Below, piece by piece: positions 61,607 through 64,000 of a stretch of DNA of 64,000 nucleotides. This DNA is from Tetramitus jugosus (lineage: Eukaryota; Protista; Heterolobosea). A program made the position numbers and the translations under genes. The notes under the pieces are model-generated. The model ran no database searches and was not told the DNA's origin. It saw only the letters and a list, made by a program, of their open reading frames with translations. Position 1 is the first letter of the stretch; the number at the start of each line of letters is the position of its first letter. The stretch covers positions 124,001-188,000 of the forward strand of contig OW569350.1 of assembly GCA_937625935.1 (NCBI GenBank), read 5' to 3'.

Positions 61607-64000
61607 CTACTTTTGCATGCCTTGGAAAGCTTCAGTCATAAACTTCTTGAGCTCTTGTTCGTGAAGCTTCTTGTATCCTACAGCAGAGACGGCAGCTGGT
61701 TCTCTGCCAACATATTTCAGAGTGGAACCAACCTTTGTTCCCTGAGTCAAGGAGAGCAGATTCTCCAAGCGAGGTGCAGCGTACAGATAAGCACCTTGGT
61801 TTTCGTGCTCCTCCTGAACCCACATCCAGTCCTTGACTTGACTAGTGTTGAGGTTGCCCAGTTCCTTCTTTAGTTCTTCGAATGGGAATGGACTGATTTG
61901 CTCCAGTCTCAAGATGACAATCTGCTTCTCCAATCCCAATTCTGCTCTTCTCTCCACCAAGTCATAGAAGAGCTTACCACTGCAGAACATGACTCTTGTT
62001 GGCTTGTCTTGCTTGGTGTGTTGAACAACGTCTGATAATACGCATTGGAATTTGGAGTCACTTGACATGTCACTCAACTGTGAAACAGCTTCCTTCTTCT
62101 TGAGCAAAGTCTTTGGCGAGATGACAATCAGAGGCTTTCTGAACTTTCTGAGCATTTGACGTCTCAATGCATGGAAGTAATTAGCTGGAGTGGTAGGATT
62201 AATCACACACATGTTAACTCTTCTCTGACTATCCTTGTTCGTTATTTCACTGACCGAACTGTCGCACATTTGCAAGAATCTTTCAACTCTGCTGGAAGAG
62301 TGCTCTGGACCAGCACCATCCATGCCGTGAGGCAACAGCATAGTAATACCTGAACTCATGCACCACTTGTCCTCTGCACAAGCAATAAACTGGTCGACAA
62401 TTGTTTGAGCACTTGGCCAGAAATCACCAAACTGTGCCTCCCACACAACCATATTCTTTGGGTTATTGATTGAATAGCCGTATTCGAATCCGAGCACAGC
62501 CAACTCGGACAAAGGTGATGTAACAACTTCAAAGATTCCTCTCTTGCCCTCCAAGTGTTGCAATGGAGTGTACCTGTGTTCATTCTCCTGGTCCACAAAC
62601 TCCAAATGTCTCTGAGAAAAGGTGCCTCTGGCAACATCCTGTCCACTCAAACGCACGTTATAACCTTCGATCAACAGAGTTCCGAATGCCATAGCTTCGG
62701 CAGTGGCCCAATCTACAGGGTCACCATTATTGATCATTTGAATTCGTTTTCCAATATGGAACCCTCTCAATCTCTCGTGTACATTGAAGGAGTCAGGAAT
62801 AGTGACCGACTGAATTGCTACCTTCTTCAAAAGTTCTGCATCTACTCCTGTGACAGGAATCGAAAGCTTGGAGAAGTCAGCAGCTTGCTGAATACCTTCC
62901 CAATCGCCCAAAAAGTACTTCTTCTCAGGCTCATACTTCTCACATTGTTGATATTCACTCTCCAGGAAGTCTTCTCTGGCTTTTCTGATCTGTTGAATTT
63001 CTTGCTTGGTCACAACATTTTGCTCTTGAAGTTCACGACCATAAATTGTTGGGAACATTTCTCGGGACTTGATCAACTTGTACATTTTTGGTTGAGTGAA
63101 ATCTGCACTGTCGAGCTCATTGTGACCATGTCTTCTAAATGCAATCAACTCGACAATGATATCCTTCTTGAATGTTTGTCTGTAATTGACAGCTAATTTC
63201 ATCACTCGCACTACATCGTCCAACTTTTCTGCATTGACTGCAATAATTGGAGCACCAACCATCTTACCAATATCACCACTGTATCGTGAGGATCTATAGT
63301 GCAATGCAGGTGTTGTAAAGCCAAGTTGATTGTTGAGAATGAGATGCACAGTACCAGCAGTTGTGAAATGAGGAAGATTCGCAAGATTGAACGTTTCTGG
63401 TACGATACCCTGACCACAAAATGCAGCATCACCATGAATCAACACACACGCTGTGTTCTTTCCTTGCAATCGCTTTGCACGGGTCTTGCCCATAGCAACT
63501 GGATTAATAGCCTCCAAGTGAGATGGATTGTTCAAGACCGAAACGTTCATTGTCGAGTTTTCATACTTCAAGGTTGTAGAAATACCCAAATGAGACAATA
63601 CATCACCCACAGAATACAATTCGTGTGGAATTTCCAAGTTGCCCTTAATCTTGTGAAAAATTGCTCTCGGTGGGAAATTAAGGATACCAGTCAATAAATT
63701 CTGGAGAGTATTGAGAATACATAAAGATTGTGGAATTAGCATCCAATAAGTCGATCAAAATACAACGATTGCAACCATACCAATCTTCCTCTGTGAGGCA
63801 TTCCAATAACAACATCGCTGACACCTCCCTTGTTATACTCCTCAAACAAGTGATGCATCGCAGGGATCATGCTCTCTGCTCCCTCCAATCCATATCGCTT
63901 CGTTCCAGGAAACTTCTTGGCCAAAAAGTGATCAAACACCTCTGATTCCTGAATGAGCTGATTTGCAGTTTTCTTCTCTTGGGTGGTCAACTCGGTTTCG
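61607..64000 (-). CDS. DHTKD1: 2-oxoadipate/2-oxoglutarate dehydrogenase E1, DHTKD1-type (5' end outside window); intron 63780-63701
   Basis: FDHFLAKKF..KRYGLEGAES, GMPHRGRL|NLLTGILNFPP..IF.K.KG...GDVLSHL, NPSHLEAINPVAMGKTR, ThDP motif HGDAAFCGQGIV...NNQLGFTT, RLSGQDVARGTFSQRH and DGAGPEHSS. The FDHFL, NLLTG and DGAGPEHSS variants are DHTKD1-like rather than OGDH-like. Confidence 0.9.

Overview
A gene-dense, AT-rich window from a eukaryotic microbe with a flagellated stage. It uses the standard genetic code, has few short spliceosomal introns (16 inferred, 68-156 nt), and intergenic gaps of 14 to about 500 bp. The overall style suggests a discobid/heterolobosean-type protist, but this is an inference I cannot confirm from the sequence. 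I identify about 25 protein-coding genes. Conserved genes: beta-mannosidase (partial), ABC1/ADCK kinase, TLDc protein, RNA pol I/III subunit AC19, PAQR, class I HDAC, Prp43, CSN3, an axonemal dynein heavy chain, CCDC96, NMNAT, Bet3, GRWD1, a Ulp1/SENP protease, a TPR protein, a telobox-Myb protein, UTP20, a soluble adenylyl cyclase, CDC26, TTC14 and DHTKD1 (partial). The best candidates for something undescribed are (1) a tandem pair of secreted minicollagen-like proteins (Cys module, Gly-X-Y helix, Cys-rich head ending in CC) with shared upstream blocks and a shared UGUAAAUA 3'UTR element, and (2) a predicted mitochondrial membrane protein with a lipoyl-like domain lacking the lipoylation lysine. 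Other patterns are recurrent promoter motifs (E2F-like, CGGACAAA, CACGTG) and a yeast-like GTATGT splice-donor consensus. I recognised no tRNA, rRNA, transposon or CRISPR array. All homology calls are from motif recognition by eye, not database searches.
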